The notes under the pieces are model-generated. The model did no database searches, was not told the origin of the DNA, and was given only the letters and a program-made list of their open reading frames with translations. The position numbers and the translations under genes are program-made. Below, piece after piece: positions 37,000-49,979 of a DNA stretch of 64,000 nucleotides. The stretch's first letter is position 1. Each line of letters starts with the position of its first letter. The stretch is from Chiloscyllium plagiosum (Eukaryota), in NCBI RefSeq assembly GCF_004010195.1, contig NC_057759.1:2399199-2463198 (forward strand), in the 5' to 3' direction.

Positions 37000-39600
37000 A
37001 AGACTGGACATCCTGAAGGTTAGTTAAACGTGACTTGAGGGAAGGAAGTGTATCAAACTGTAACCAGATTCGCAGAAGAAACAAAAAAATATGCAGAAAG
37101 GCAAGCTGCGAGAGGGATACAAATAGATTACAGGGCGATTTATTTGGATAAGTCAGGATGCAAAAAGTTGGCAAATGAAGTATGGTGCGGATCAAATGTG
37201 AAATAATTTACAGATAGCAATGAACGTTGTATATGGCTCGCTTTTCCATTCACACACATACAGATGGCAATGTCTTATTGAGACGTAAAATTCGACAATA
37301 CCAACATGAAAGAATAATTACAAGGATTGTGCAGTGCATTATTATACTTGTGCTATCTCTGGACAGAACGGTTTGTGACATTTGTCCAACACCGGCTCTT
37401 CCAAGTCATTGCATGATTACATTTAGCCTTTATTGTATTTCTTCATAAAGTAATATTCGAGCCTATTATGGTACTCACCAGCACTGCCTGCATCACTACT
37501 TTTACGTTTTGGGTCACTTTCTGAACTGAATTAAGGGTTAAGCAGGCCAGCGTCGATACAGAAACAAAGCGGGTGAGTCAAGTACTGATCTCAAAGGGGC
37601 GAGAAGCTTGTACCACGTTACCTGGAATGGCGCAAAATCAGGATGAGGCCGGGGATGGCAAACCGTGGATAACTGAAACCACTGAAATCGGATTCGTGGA
37701 TACTGCGGTCGTCCTGTATTTTGGAAGGGAAAAGCATTAAATAACAAAACTTATTTAAATGGAGATAAAATGCAAGATGCTCCAACACAAAGAGATTTGA
37801 AGGGACTTGTGCATGAAACACAGAAGGCGAGCACACAGGGACAGCAGGTAATCAGGAATGGCCAATGGAATGCTGGTCCTCATTTGAACTGGCTTGGAGT
37901 ATAAAAGTAGGGAAGACTTACTGTTACTGTGCCAGGTGATGGTGAGACCATATCTGGAAAATTGGGAGCAGTCTTGATCCCCTTATTTCAGGAAAGATAT
38001 CAATTCACTGAAAGCAGTCCAGACAAGTTTCTTTAGCATAATCCCTGCCATGTAGGGATTGTTTTATGAGCAAATGCTGCAAAATTAGGTACTCTACGCA
38101 CTGGTATATAAGAGAATGAAAGATGATTTCATTGATATCAATAGGAGTTTGACAGGGTCAATGCTGAGAGGATGTTTTCCCCCCTCATGGGAGACTCCGC
38201 GACCAGATGGCACAATCTCAGAATAAAGGGGCACCAACTGAAGATTTATATGAGAAGGGATTTCTTCACTCAGAGAGTTATGGATCTTTGGAACTCCTTC
38301 TCACAGGGAGCTGTGCAGAAGCAAAATCCTTACATATATTGAAAACAGAGACAGATATATTTTTGACCAGTTGAAGATTCAAGGGAAAATGCAGAATATT
38401 AAATGAGCCATGCCCTTATTGAATGGTGGAACAGGCTGAAGTGATCGAATGCTGGAAATGTGTTGCTGGAAAAGCGCAGCATCCAGGGAACAGGAGAATC
38501 GACGTTTCGGGCATAAGCCCTTCTTCAGGAAGGGCTTATGCCCGAAGGGATCGAATGGTCTATTCCTGTTCCTGGTTCTTATGATCTTATTATGTGGTTT
38601 AAGTGTTGCAAATGAAAAAGTTAGAAGACCACAAACATACAGCCGGTGGGGCGAGGCCACACCTGCTATATTATGTGTGCAGTTTGGGTCGCCTTATCTG
38701 ATAAAGGATTTTGTGCCTATGGAGGGAAATGCAGCGAACGTTTCGCAGACAGATTCCTGAGACGGCAGGTGAAGAGAGAATGTATCAAGGAGGATTATAT
38801 TCACTGGAGATTAGAAGAATGACAAAGGGGTCTGATAGAAACCTATAAAATTCTAATAGGACTAGACAGGGTAGATGCAGGAAGGATATTCCTTATAGTG
38901 GAGGGGTCCAGAACAAGGGCGTCTGACTAAGGATACAGGGTCGGCAATTTAGGAATGTGCCAGGGAGAAATGTCTCTCCCCCACAGAGTGTTGAACATTG
39001 TTGTTTCATCCCAAGACATTGTGCTTTCAAGAAGAATAGAGCTTCTGTGTTTTAAGGGAAATGGAGCGGAGGGCAAAATGAGGAGATCGAGTCAATGATC
39101 AGCAACAAACACATCGAATGGGCAGAGAAAGCTTGATGGGCATAATAGCCTCCTCCGGCTCCTATATTCTACGTTTCTATGTTGAAGATAATTTGTCAGT
39201 GACAGTCAAAGAGAGTAAGCTGAACTATTGATGAAAGGTAACTCAATGGTTCCTTCAAGGGATCACAGTGAAATTCACCGTTGACATGATGGTCTCCTTG
39301 GAAGCAGCTCACAATTGAAGTAAATTGCTCTCCCGAGATTTTAGATTTTTAAATCTTGTATCCAGACAATGCAAAAGGGATGTCAGGAAGCACTTCTGCA
39401 CACAAAGGTTGGTGGTGGATTGGAACTTTCTTTCACAAACAGCAGTGGATGCCAGATCAGTTGTTAGTTTTAAATCTGAAAGAGAGAATTTTTCATTAAG
39501 TAAAGGTATAAAAGGGATAGGGACCAAAGGTAAGTCTACAGAATTAGCCCACAGATTCGTCACTCAATGGTGGACCAAGATTGAAGGGCTGAATGACCTA
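37000..39600 (+). mobile_element. Cluster of CR1 3' fragments
   Basis: Several RT C-terminus and 3' UTR copies. Confidence 0.75.
38452..38543 (-). mobile_element. Tiny Penelope pLTR insertion with terminal hairpin, in a CR1 tail
   Basis: TSD gaag(t/g)gatcgaatg at 38438-38451 and 38544-38557. Confidence 0.8.
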
Positions 39601-40059
39601 ATCTTAAAGTCTCCCGTCCAATCGTATCTGTCAGTGCAAGTGAGTGCATCTTATTCTTAGCCTCCATAAATGCATACTCATGTATTAGTGGATCAAGCCG
39701 GTGTGTGATAACCTGCATCACGTGACAGTGGATGAATTGTAACAAATCTTTCCTCAGTTAAGGGGAATTCTTTGAAGTATGCACTCATGGGAACATAGGG
39801 AGAGGAGTAGGCCATTCAGCCCATTGACACTGTTCCATCATTGATGTATCAAGCACATACTTATTTCCTGGACTTCAATTACAATTTAGGATACATGCCA
39901 GATTTCAGATTTACTTTCTGGTCAGTGCCTGTGCCAGCCAATACGTTGACAGTGCATTTCCTTTTGATAAAAGTACAAAACAAGTAAGCCCAGTTAAATC
40001 AGCCTCGCTATCACTGGATTCACAATGTAGTAAAATTAAGAAAACAATTTCTTTACCAA

Positions 40060-40665
40060 CGGTGCTCAGATGGAGGTGATCAAGAGCTTCAATGTTTTCA
40101 GAGTAAATACTGTCAATAATTTGTTCTCGTCTATCCACATTGTCATGATAATCAATAAAGCACATCAATGGCTTTACTGCCTTGTCCACAATGACTTTTC
40201 CAAATTTTGCTCGGTGCACCGTAGAGAGCATCCTATCTGGATGCATCACAATGTGTGGTATGGCTACCGCTTTGCTCAAGCCCACAGAATAAATTACAGA
40301 GAGTTGTGAACGCAGCCGAGTCCAAGATGGAAACTAACTTTTCACCCATTGACTCTGTCTACCCTTCCCACTGACTTGCGACAGCAACCAACACAATCAA
40401 AGCCCTACACACTATAGTTATTATCCTTCCATCCCCTTCCATCAGGCAGAAGACACAAACGTTTGAAAGCATATACCAATAGAATTAAGAACATCTTCTT
40501 CTCTGCTGTTATCACATTATCGAATGATCCTCTCTTTATCTGCACCTACTCTGTAGCGGTAACACTATATTCTGCATTCTGTTCGAGTACCCTGATATAC
40601 TTATATAAGATATGATTTGCCTGGTTAGCATGCAAACCAATACTTTTCACAATATCTCTGATTCA
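40060..40665 (+). mobile_element. Rex1/Babar LINE 3' end
   Basis: KAHQWLY-type C-terminus and a tail similar to 5230-5480. Confidence 0.7.
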
Positions 40666-40929
40666 ACACGTTGGCAGAGAAGTAGGGAGTGCATGGACTC
40701 CTATGCCTTGGCTTCTCCTCTCCATCCACAATTTTTTTTTCTTTGCGTTTTTTCATTCTTCCACTTTCTTCTCAATCTACCTATTGAAGAGAGCACTTAC
40801 ACAGGTAGCGGCTTGGTTGGGCTCCAGACCAGCGGAGGCATTTTCAGAGACAGCGTGGCTACAGAACCGGTCAGTCTGTGAAATCTGGAGCAGGACTCCC
40901 ACTTGAGAATGAACTAGGCATCACGTGGC

Positions 40930-41560
40930 GGCATAGTATATGCTGGAAGCCTGGTGCTGGATCCTCTCCACGGCATGGTGTAGGTTGGAAAGCTTGAAGG
41001 TCTGAAAGCCCAGAGCGAGACACTCTCGGCTGCATGGTGTGAACTGGGAATCATGGAGGGGGACACTGTCGGCGGCATGGTGTGGGATAGGAAGCCTGGA
41101 ATGGGACACCCCCAGTAGCAAGCGTGTGCTGGGGAACTCGGAGTGGAACACACTCGACTGCAATGCGTGGGTCAGTAAGCCAGGAGGGGGATACCCTTGG
41201 CTGCATGGTGCGGGCTGGGAAGCTCAAAGCGTAACACTCTAAGCTGTATGCTGTGTGCTGGGAAGCCAGGAGGGGCACATTCTTGGCTGCATGGTTTACG
41301 CTGGGAAGCCAGGAGGGGGACAGCCTCGGCTGCACGGTGTGGGGTGGAAAGCCCAGAGCTTGACACTCTCAGCTGTATGGTGGGCGCTGGGAAGCCAAGG
41401 AGGGGGACACTCTTGGCTGAATGGCACAGGCTGGAACACCAGGAGGGGAGACTCCTGGCTGCATGGTGTGGGTTAGAAAGCCAAAGGGGTCACTTTCAGC
41501 AGCATGGCGTGACTTGGGAAGCCCGCAGCGGGAGTCTGCTCGTGCTATGGTGTAGTTGCT
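40930..41560 (+). repeat. G-rich minisatellite, ~41-bp unit, roughly 15 degenerate copies
   Basis: Unit resembles ggctgcatggtgtgggctgggaagccaggagggggacactc. Confidence 0.9.
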
Positions 41561-42929
41561 GGAAAGAAGTATTTGGACTGTCATTTTTAAAGTTTAATTC
41601 AAAGTTAATATAAATGGGGCCTATTCATGGGTGACGGTGCAGATTGTCTCTATACTTTTATATTGAACACATTTAACATAAGTGAAATTCTAATAATAAA
41701 CCAAATAGAATAAAATCAATGATCCTCAAAATTGTCTGATTATTCCTAACTTTGTGTTAAACCAAGGGGGTGCTTATGGGATCCTGTCAACAATGGAACA
41801 GTTGAAGTTTAGTGTTTAAGTAATGCTTGGACATGTTAAGTATTTCCCCAGTGCAGAGCTATGACAATTCATCTATTCCTGAATTTTGAATGTGTCTTGA
41901 GGATAAAATATGTTTTGACTAAAGCTTAACAGTGGACAATTTGAATCATGTCTGGTATAGAGCATGTTACACTTGCCTTTATAAAACTATGAACTTTGGG
42001 TCCAGGCTATCCCCATAATATGATTGTGTGGGGGGCGGGGCGGGGGGGGGGGGGTGTCAGGTGTCGTCCATAACATGCCTTAAAACCATGCTTTCTTGAT
42101 GGCAGCGTCAACGTGGATAGCCCAGTCGAGATTGTTGGTGGTGTCTCCTTCCTGATTACCTGTTAGCCCTTTTGTGCCAGCTTTCTGTGTTTTACACACA
42201 ATCGCTGCCCAAATCCCTTTGTGTTGCAGCTTTCTGCAGTATCTCCCCATATGAATAATATTCAGTAATTTTGCTCGCCTTTCCAAAATGTACCACTTCA
42301 CAATCTCCCACAATATACCCCATTTGGCAATTCTTTGCCCACTTATTTAGTATTTCAATATCTCTCTGTAAGGTATTTGGATCGCTCTCACAACTTGCCT
42401 TTCCACATATTTTTTGTGTCATCTGCTAAGTAGGCTGCAGTCCGATTCACTCCCGTACATGAATTCACATTCATCTGACCTTTAGAATATCCAGAATATG
42501 GTTTAATATTTCATGGACATTGATAGTCACTGACTGGTAAGTCAAACCATTGAAAAACCAACAGTTCCCAATGATTGCCTTCTCATGCCTGGAATAGACA
42601 GTTACATTCAGAAAACAAAAGACTGGGGCAACTCACATGGCTGTCAGTCAAAAACGCCATGATGATTGGATGACTGATCTTAGATAAGTCGTGTTAAATG
42701 ATATCAAGAGACATATGGATGACTCTCCTATGACTCCTATCACTCTGCCTATAACTCAAATAAAAGGAGTGAGTGTACTTTTGTTTCTGGGGTATCAGGT
42801 TTAAAATTATGTTTCCAAAATAGTTGTTCATGATAAATTGGAAATTGTAACGAGCATTTGAAGGAAAATACATGAAAGAAAAACAGGCTTAGTGTATAAG
42901 CACAACAAAAACTGAACCGACACACCCAA

Positions 42930-44525
42930 CACAAACCTCCTCTGCTTGGCCATCAACAACTTTACTTTTAACTCCTATCATTTTCTTCACGTCAGACGGG
43001 TGGCCATGGTTACCCACATGGGCCCCAATTATGTCGGTTCTTCGCAGGATACAGGGAACAGTATTTGTTCCACCCCTATTCTGGATATTATCCACAACTG
43101 TATCTGATATATCGATGATATCATTAGTGCTGCTTCACTCTCTCATCTGGAATTGGAAAAGATAATCGTTTTCACTTCCCATTTCAACCCGACCTTCACT
43201 TTCACCTGGTCTAGCCTCACTTTCACTTCTCTTAATATTTCCTTGAAATCTCTGTTTCCATTTATGTGTATAGACTGGCCGCAAATATTCAGTATAAACG
43301 CACTGATTCCACAGCTACCTGGATTGTACATCCTCATACCCCGTTTCCTGTATAGATTTTATTCCATTCTCCTGGTTCCTCCACTTCCATCACTTATGTT
43401 TAGATGAGGCAAACTTTGAAAGAGAGCCCCTGAAATATCCACCGGCTTTCTCAATTGAGGATTTCTCAGTACCGTTGTAGATAAGGCTCTGAAGAATGTA
43501 TGACCCTCTCCTGCACATCCATTTTCACACCCTCTCTTCCTTACTGAAACATCAATAGAGATCCCTTGCCCTTATGTTACACCCCACCACCATCCACATC
43601 CACAAAATCGCCAGCTACCCTTTCTCCACCTCCAGCTAGATGCCACCATCTAGCACATATTCTTCTTCCCTCCCTTGCCCACATTTTACCGGGATTATTC
43701 CCTCTTGGATATCCTAGTCCACTGTTACTTCAGTAATAACAACGCCCTCGCCTCCCACAACTCCACAATACCTTCCCCTGCAACCTTCAAAGTTGTTACA
43801 CCTGCCCATTAACGTCTTCCCCCTCTGTATCCAAGGGACCAAACATACCTTCCAGCTGAAGCAGCACTTTGCCTGAACTTCTCACAATTTGGTCGACTGC
43901 ATTCACTGCTCACAATGTTATCTCCTCCACATTGGGGAAATGAAGCCTAACTGGCTGACTGCTTCGCAAGACATTTACGTTGTACCTTTTTAAAAAAGGC
44001 CCTAAGCTTCCATTATCTGCCAGTTTAACACACCATTCTGTTCCTTGCCCAGCAGTTTATCTCAGGCTGGCTGTAGTCTTCCAGCGAAGCTCAGCACAAG
44101 ATGAAAGAACAACACCTTATTTTTCACTTGGAGACAATACAATTCTCTGGAATCAATACTGTACTGAGTTCAATAATTTTAGGGTCTAAGCTCACCCATA
44201 TCCTCGCCCCTACTCCAATCACCAGGTTTGTTATCACGTGATCTGCCATTACACACTATCTATTGTCAGCTACTAACAGTCTCCATTAACAGGTATTAAC
44301 CCTTCTAACCAGATTGTTACGACTTCTTGTCAGTCCAACAGTCTTCTTTCTCTTTGGACTCTATCCCTACATAACGTTTACTCCTTTCCACCGCCACCAC
44401 CCGATCTTCCATAATTTCCGAGTTACTATGAGTTCTGAGGAAGGGTCACCGGACCTGAAACATAAACTCTGATTTCTCTTCTCAGATGCTGCTGAACATT
44501 TCCAGCTCTTTCTGTTTTTGTTAGT
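42930..44525 (+). mobile_element. Older Penelope-like element (RT, GIY-YIG and pLTR remnants)
   Basis: GVAMVTHMGP-like and YIDD RT motifs at ~43000-43120; CIHCSQC...IGE motif at ~43900; ctgagga...gaaac pLTR core at ~44435. Confidence 0.8.
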
Positions 44526-45319
44526 GTGCAAGCAGGCTGTTTTGACGAGCATTAAACTTGCCTTACCTTCAGAAAAGCTTGTTTGTAGCAACACAGGTTT
44601 GCCATCACCAAACAAAGAAGAAGGCTTGGGAACTTGTTCAGAATGACAATGCAGCATGCAATGTCAGATTCAGGACAGTGCATCAAAGACATCTCCCAGA
44701 TTTTTGGGATCCTTCTCTTTTGGAACCTTTCACCATTGGCCAGGGTTATGTGACTTGCAAGTTGGGCTCGAGCTCCAAGTGCGAGGAGTTACCCAAGCAT
44801 AAGACAAGGCGGGGAGACACACTTATTGAATATATGTATAACACTTTAAGTTCATAGATGTGTTCATTATTTTGCACATTTCTAAATTAGTCTGCATTAA
44901 TAAATCACGTCGCCGTGAAGGCCAATATACAGGTTGTTTTCTAAACTATCTGTTGTGTCTGCAATACGCATTTCTAGCGATTGGTGTATAAAGAACACTC
45001 TAGGTCTGGTTTAACATTCCTCTATCTTAGTTCACAGATAATCAGATGATGATCCACCTTCCTAATTTTGCTGCCAAACTGCCTTTCTGCTTTTTGTTGT
45101 CAAAAGCTACCCAGAATTTAAATAACAATCTGCCAGCAGGTACTTGACACAAATTATTTAAACAATGGACTACTGGGTGTTGATAAATTCGAGAGAGAAA
45201 ACAAACATGATCCAAAGAGCAAGATTAAGGAAATCACTCCACCTTTGACTGTATTGATCCTCAAAATTTGCCTTGGGACACAAAGAATCTTCCCATGCCA
45301 CATGATGCAATAGTCCCAT

Positions 45320-45617
45320 TCTAGATTAGAGTGGTGCTGGAAAAGCACAGCAGTTCAGGCAGCATCCAAGGAGCAGGAAAATCGACGTTTCGGGCAAAAG
45401 CCCTTCATCAGGAATAGAGGCAGAGTGCCTGCAGGATGGAGAGATAAGAAACGATCGTGAGCTTCCTGCAGGCACTCTGCCTCTATTCCTGATGAAGGGC
45501 TTTTGCCCGAAACGTCGATTTTCCTGCTCCTTGGATGCTGCTTGAACTGCTGTGCTTCTCCAGAACCACTCTAATCTAGAATCTAGTTTCCAGCATCTGC
45601 TTTTGTTTTTACCCTGT
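45320..45617. mobile_element. Fold-back Penelope pLTR pair
   Basis: ~118-bp inverted arms; TSD aatagtcccat at 45309-45319 and 45618-45628. Confidence 0.9.
45486..45519 (+). ncRNA. Minimal hammerhead motif in a Penelope pLTR
   Basis: CUGAUGA-A-GGGC-UUUU-GCCC-GAAA-C-GUC; stem I is only about 2 bp. Confidence 0.55.
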
Positions 45618-45663
45618 AATAGTCCCATCCACGTTGTGAACGCTCGGGGCAATGACAGTAATC

Positions 45664-45665
<2 letters not shown>

Positions 45666-45703
<38 letters not shown>

Positions 45704-45737
45704 TGTGTGTGAATGTGCGTATGTGTGTATGTGAGTG
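45666..45737 (+). repeat. (TG)n microsatellite
   Basis: Seen directly. Confidence 0.95.
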
Positions 45738-45833
45738 TACTGATCTTCACTTTCAGACAAAGCTAAGTTAAGTATCTCTCAAAACTTGGAGCTTGTGTTT
45801 GTGGATTTTCATCTTTTCTTTTTACTCTCTCAG

Positions 45834-45889
45834 ATGAAGGCAAGAGACAATGCCAACAAGGCCATTACTTAATTGTGGATATGCCATAA
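45834..45889 (+). CDS. Candidate last coding (cytoplasmic) exon of receptor gene 1
   Basis: Strong acceptor ttttctttttactctctcag; phase 1 gives (D)EGKRQCQQGHYLIVDMP*, containing YxxV. Confidence 0.45.
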
Positions 45890-47129
45890 ATTTTGAGATG
45901 TTGCATCCAGTGAGACATTCCCTCTGTCAGGGGTGACACGTGTGCAATGTTGTACTATGTCCTCCACTTTTATTTTATAAAGACAAGTTTCCAGTCACAG
46001 CTCTGGCTATTGCTCACTGCGGAATGAATGCAAATCCAAGAATCAGTGATACCCACACGTCAGAAATAGCAATATATTTTATTTCAGTGCATGTTTTAGT
46101 TTATATTTTGTTGCATTTGCAACACTGCTTACACAGATCTTCCAAACTAAAATCACTCCACTGGCTGTCCTGTGAGTGTAAAATAATGTTTTTGAAAAGA
46201 AAGAAGTAGCATGCAGATTCTTGCAGAGTTGTTCAGTATGGTTCAGACAGTCTGCGAGGAGAGAAGCGCTTGGAGAGGCTGCGAGCTTCAGGGCTGTTTC
46301 TTTTCTGGGAAGAATCCACACTTATCCCTTCTTGACACTAGGTGTTATGTGCAAACTTTAGCTGGAATTTCCGGTTCCATCACAACAACGGTGTAAGTAA
46401 CTGAGAAAATCATTTATATGTGTCTGTATTCTGACAGGGGTTAAGTGGGAAGCATTGTCAGATGGTGTAACATTTCAGTGCGTTACGTGATCGTTGTTTC
46501 AATGGAGTTGTTATCGAACTAGTGCCTTCGTTTTCCAAAAGCATTAAGATTTAGCATTTGAGATTTGATCTTGTTTTTACCTTTTAAACTTGAATGGAAC
46601 TAACTCCATTCTTAGCAATATTTTCAAAAACAAATCCTTTAATTTAATAAATAATTTATCTTTTCAACAATTGATAAGTATATGAAGGTAAGACAGTTCG
46701 TCGTGCATTTAAAAGAGGGCTCAAGAGTTACAGTGTTAATGGTATGGCACCATTTTGATGGATGTATACTCCATTATGTAAAACGATGTTAGAAGTTTAA
46801 GCAGCAAATGTCATATCCATCTATGTATTTTCACATGCACCACTTCTAGTGTTCGACTCCACCTTACTTGGAGTACAGGAGAAATTAAACAAAGTTGAGA
46901 ATACTGCTTTTCCAGGCCAGGAGTTACATTAAAATGTGTTGACGCCGCCGTTTACAAAAATAAATAGTTGTTAGATATCTTCACTGGGCATATTTGCTTT
47001 GACGAGGCTTGACTCAGTCGTTGCTAATCTTCAATCCCTTCCTGACACAAAGGATAGCTGGGGTCTAATCTCACATCTTTGGAATATTGAGTGCAATCCT
47101 TATCTCCCTCCTGAACGAAGAATGTTTTG

Positions 47130-48420
47130 AAAGTTGAAAGGGATCAAAAAAGGATTTACAAGATTGTTGTCAGGATTGAATAATTTGGGACTGTTTTCCT
47201 TGGAGCGTCTGAAGCTGAGGCACCTTATGTAGGTCATAAGGTTATCGGGCGCATGGATAGCATAAATAGACAAGTCTTTTCCCTGGGTGGGGAAAGCGGG
47301 GTGTCAGATCTAGAGGCCACAGGTTTAGGGTGAGAAAGGAAAGATCTAAAAGTTTCCTAATGGTCAACTTTTTCATTCAAAGAGTTTTGTGTGTATGGAA
47401 TGAGCCGGGCGAGAGAACTGGTGGAGGCTGGTGCAATTACAACATTTAAAAGGCATGGGTATATGAATAGAAAGGGTTTAGAGAGATATAGGTCAAGTGC
47501 TGGCAAATGGGACTGGTTTATGTTAGGATACCTGGTGGGCAGGGACAAGTTGGACTGAAGGGTCTACTTCGGTCCGTGCCACACATCTCTGTGTCTGTAT
47601 GGCTACATTTTAATGACTCCTGCATTAATTCAGAGAACACGTCTTGGAGCAGACAACTTTATAAACTGTAGATTTCAAGTATGTTCATTGTTAGGGAAGG
47701 AAAGTACTTGAGCGTATTTCTCAGACAAAAGAAACTGAAAGTGTTGTTTTCGCAACAGATGAATGCAGGAAGAGGAGTCGGCCATTCAATCCCTTGAAAC
47801 CTCCATCCGATTGAATATGATCATGGCCGATCCAGCATTTCAATACATTTTACATACTCCATTACCATAATACAGTTAACAAGTGTCAAACAAAACTCAT
47901 TCATCCACTACCTTAAAAATAAACAGAGATCCAGTGACGCTCGCCCCATGCGGGGACAGAGTTCAAAAGGATTATAATTCAAATGAACAAAAGAAAATAA
48001 ACCCTTAACTTGGACCTAAGTCCCAGTTATTGTAAAACTTTGCCTGGTTCACGATATCCCCAAACAGCAAATGTTAAACCCAAATCTACCATGTCCCTCA
48101 CTTTAACGATTGTGTTTCTGTATTTTCAAAGATATCATTGGTCATCTGTCCAGTCCGTCGATAGCACATGACCTGTTTGCCCACTCTCCCTTCATAGGAT
48201 TTTGTCCCCATTCCAGGGACAAATCTGTTGAATGTTCATGGCCCTCTCTCTACATGGAAATGACGTATTTCCTGAGATAAGAGACTCAAACTCACACTGT
48301 CCTGCAGGTGCGGTCTAACCAAAGTGTGGTGTGTTTGTAATAAGACAGCACTTGTCCTGTACTCAAATTCCCTTGTAACAAAGGCTAACATTCCATCATC
48401 CTTCCTCGATACGTAACCAG
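47130..48420. mobile_element. CR1 3' ends (plus 47130-47600; minus 47760-48420)
   Basis: TLVRPHLQ and 3' UTR motifs. Confidence 0.75.
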
Positions 48421-48649
48421 GCAATAAGCAAGCATCAGTGATTTTGGCAATAACAGTATAACTGTAATCATAGCTGTCTTTAATTGAGCTAGATATTTGA
48501 TAAAACAAAATGGTGCAATTTTTCAATGAGGGCTTGCTTGTACTTGCTTTTATTCATTTGAAGAGTGTGGGTTTCACTGGCAGGCCAGTATTTATTGCCC
48601 ATTCCTAGGTGTCCTTGTGAAGGTGGTGAGCCTCATTCTTGAAGAATGT

Positions 48650-48889
48650 CTGAGTGTGTGTGTGTGTATGCGCTTTCAGGTGTGAGTGTGTGTGTGTATG
48701 TGAGTATGTGCAAGTGTGTGCGTTCGTGTGCTTGAGAGAGAGAATCTATGTGAGAATCTGTGTGAATATGTGAGACAGTGTGTGTTTTTGTAAGTGTGTG
48801 CGTATATCTGTGCGTGAATCAGTATGCGTTTGTGTGTTTTTGTGTGTGTATGTGTGCGCGTTTGGGTGCTTGTGCGTGTGTGTGTGTGC

Positions 48890-48924
<35 letters not shown>
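48650..48924 (+). repeat. Degenerate (TG)n/(AG)n microsatellite
   Basis: Seen directly. Confidence 0.9.
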
Positions 48925-48926
<2 letters not shown>

Positions 48927-49609
48927 TTGCTTCTTTAAACTTGAGCAACCAGCTGGACAACAGGCTATTCTCAATTGCATATTTTGCAAGGAGAAATGAT
49001 GCATTAACAGTCTTGCCATGCAAAACTACTTCGTGGAAGTGTGACCATAACGTGACAGCGTTCTTCATGAAGATGAAGAGTCAAGTAGCAGAACTAGAAG
49101 TTAGGATCCTGAATCTAAATAAAGTGACGTATGATGAAAGAGGCACTGGATTGGCAAGAATGGATTGTGGACCCATACTAAAGTGGTTGATGGTGGATAG
49201 TGAATGGTTCATGTTTAAAGATTGTACTCATATGCGCCAACAGGCCGTTGTTGTTTCTACTGCTATGTGAACGCAAGACAGCACATGATGCCCAGTCGGC
49301 CTGAATGCAATTAGAGAACTCATCGATGGTATTCAGGAGACTGCACACTCTAGAAAATTCACCTACGGATGATTTGGAACAGGTACATTACCTTTAACCC
49401 CTACAGGTTAAGTGTACATCTTCAGTTCTGGTCTCTTATGAGAAGCAGCTAGTTCAGTTACCACTGATTGTACTAACAGCCTCAGACACAATCTTGATGA
49501 TGAAATTGGTTGAGAAAGATTCAATTTGATTGGCTCATCGTTTATAATTAGGAAATGGCTGTCTGAGTGATATTCTAATTAAATACTGGCAACGTTTTCA
49601 GTGCGCTTG

Positions 49610-49917
49610 TGGAATAGAATCCTTCCCACATTGAAACGCATTTGGCCCATCGAGTCACACTGAACATCCAAAGAGTATCCCAATTAGAACGATCCTTTAA
49701 CCCTGCACTTCCCATAGCTAACCCACCTACAGGGCATATAGCTTTGCCAATCAACCAAACCTGCATATCTTTGGAGTGTGGGTGGAAGTCAGAGCACCAG
49801 GAGGAAACCCATAGGGTCTTCATGGGGTCTCCATGGGGAGAATATGCAAACATCAGGTAGACAGCATGTCAGGGTGGAAAAAAACCTGATCCTTGGTGCT
49901 GTGAGTCACCATGCTGT
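49610..49917 (-). mobile_element. HE1 SINE, decayed
   Basis: Same V-domain and body as 2560-2792. Confidence 0.75.
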
Positions 49918-49979
49918 CCAGACTTTATAGACTGTCAAAGCGGCCAAAACATAATTCAATAATTCTGAAAAACCCATCA

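Noticed and set aside
39199..39990. Small AG...GTAAG segments at ~39200 and ~39925-39983 as extra cytoplasmic exons
   Set aside because: Weak acceptors or phase mismatch, and no recognisable motif.
40914..41613. Overlapping ORFs and a CRISPR-like periodic pattern
   Set aside because: Head-to-tail minisatellite with no unique spacers, in eukaryotic context.
44566..44830. Minus-strand donor gaag|gtaagg with an upstream ORF
   Set aside because: No acceptor or recognisable protein.
48676..49270. ORFs rich in HT/CV repeats
   Set aside because: Translations of a TG microsatellite.
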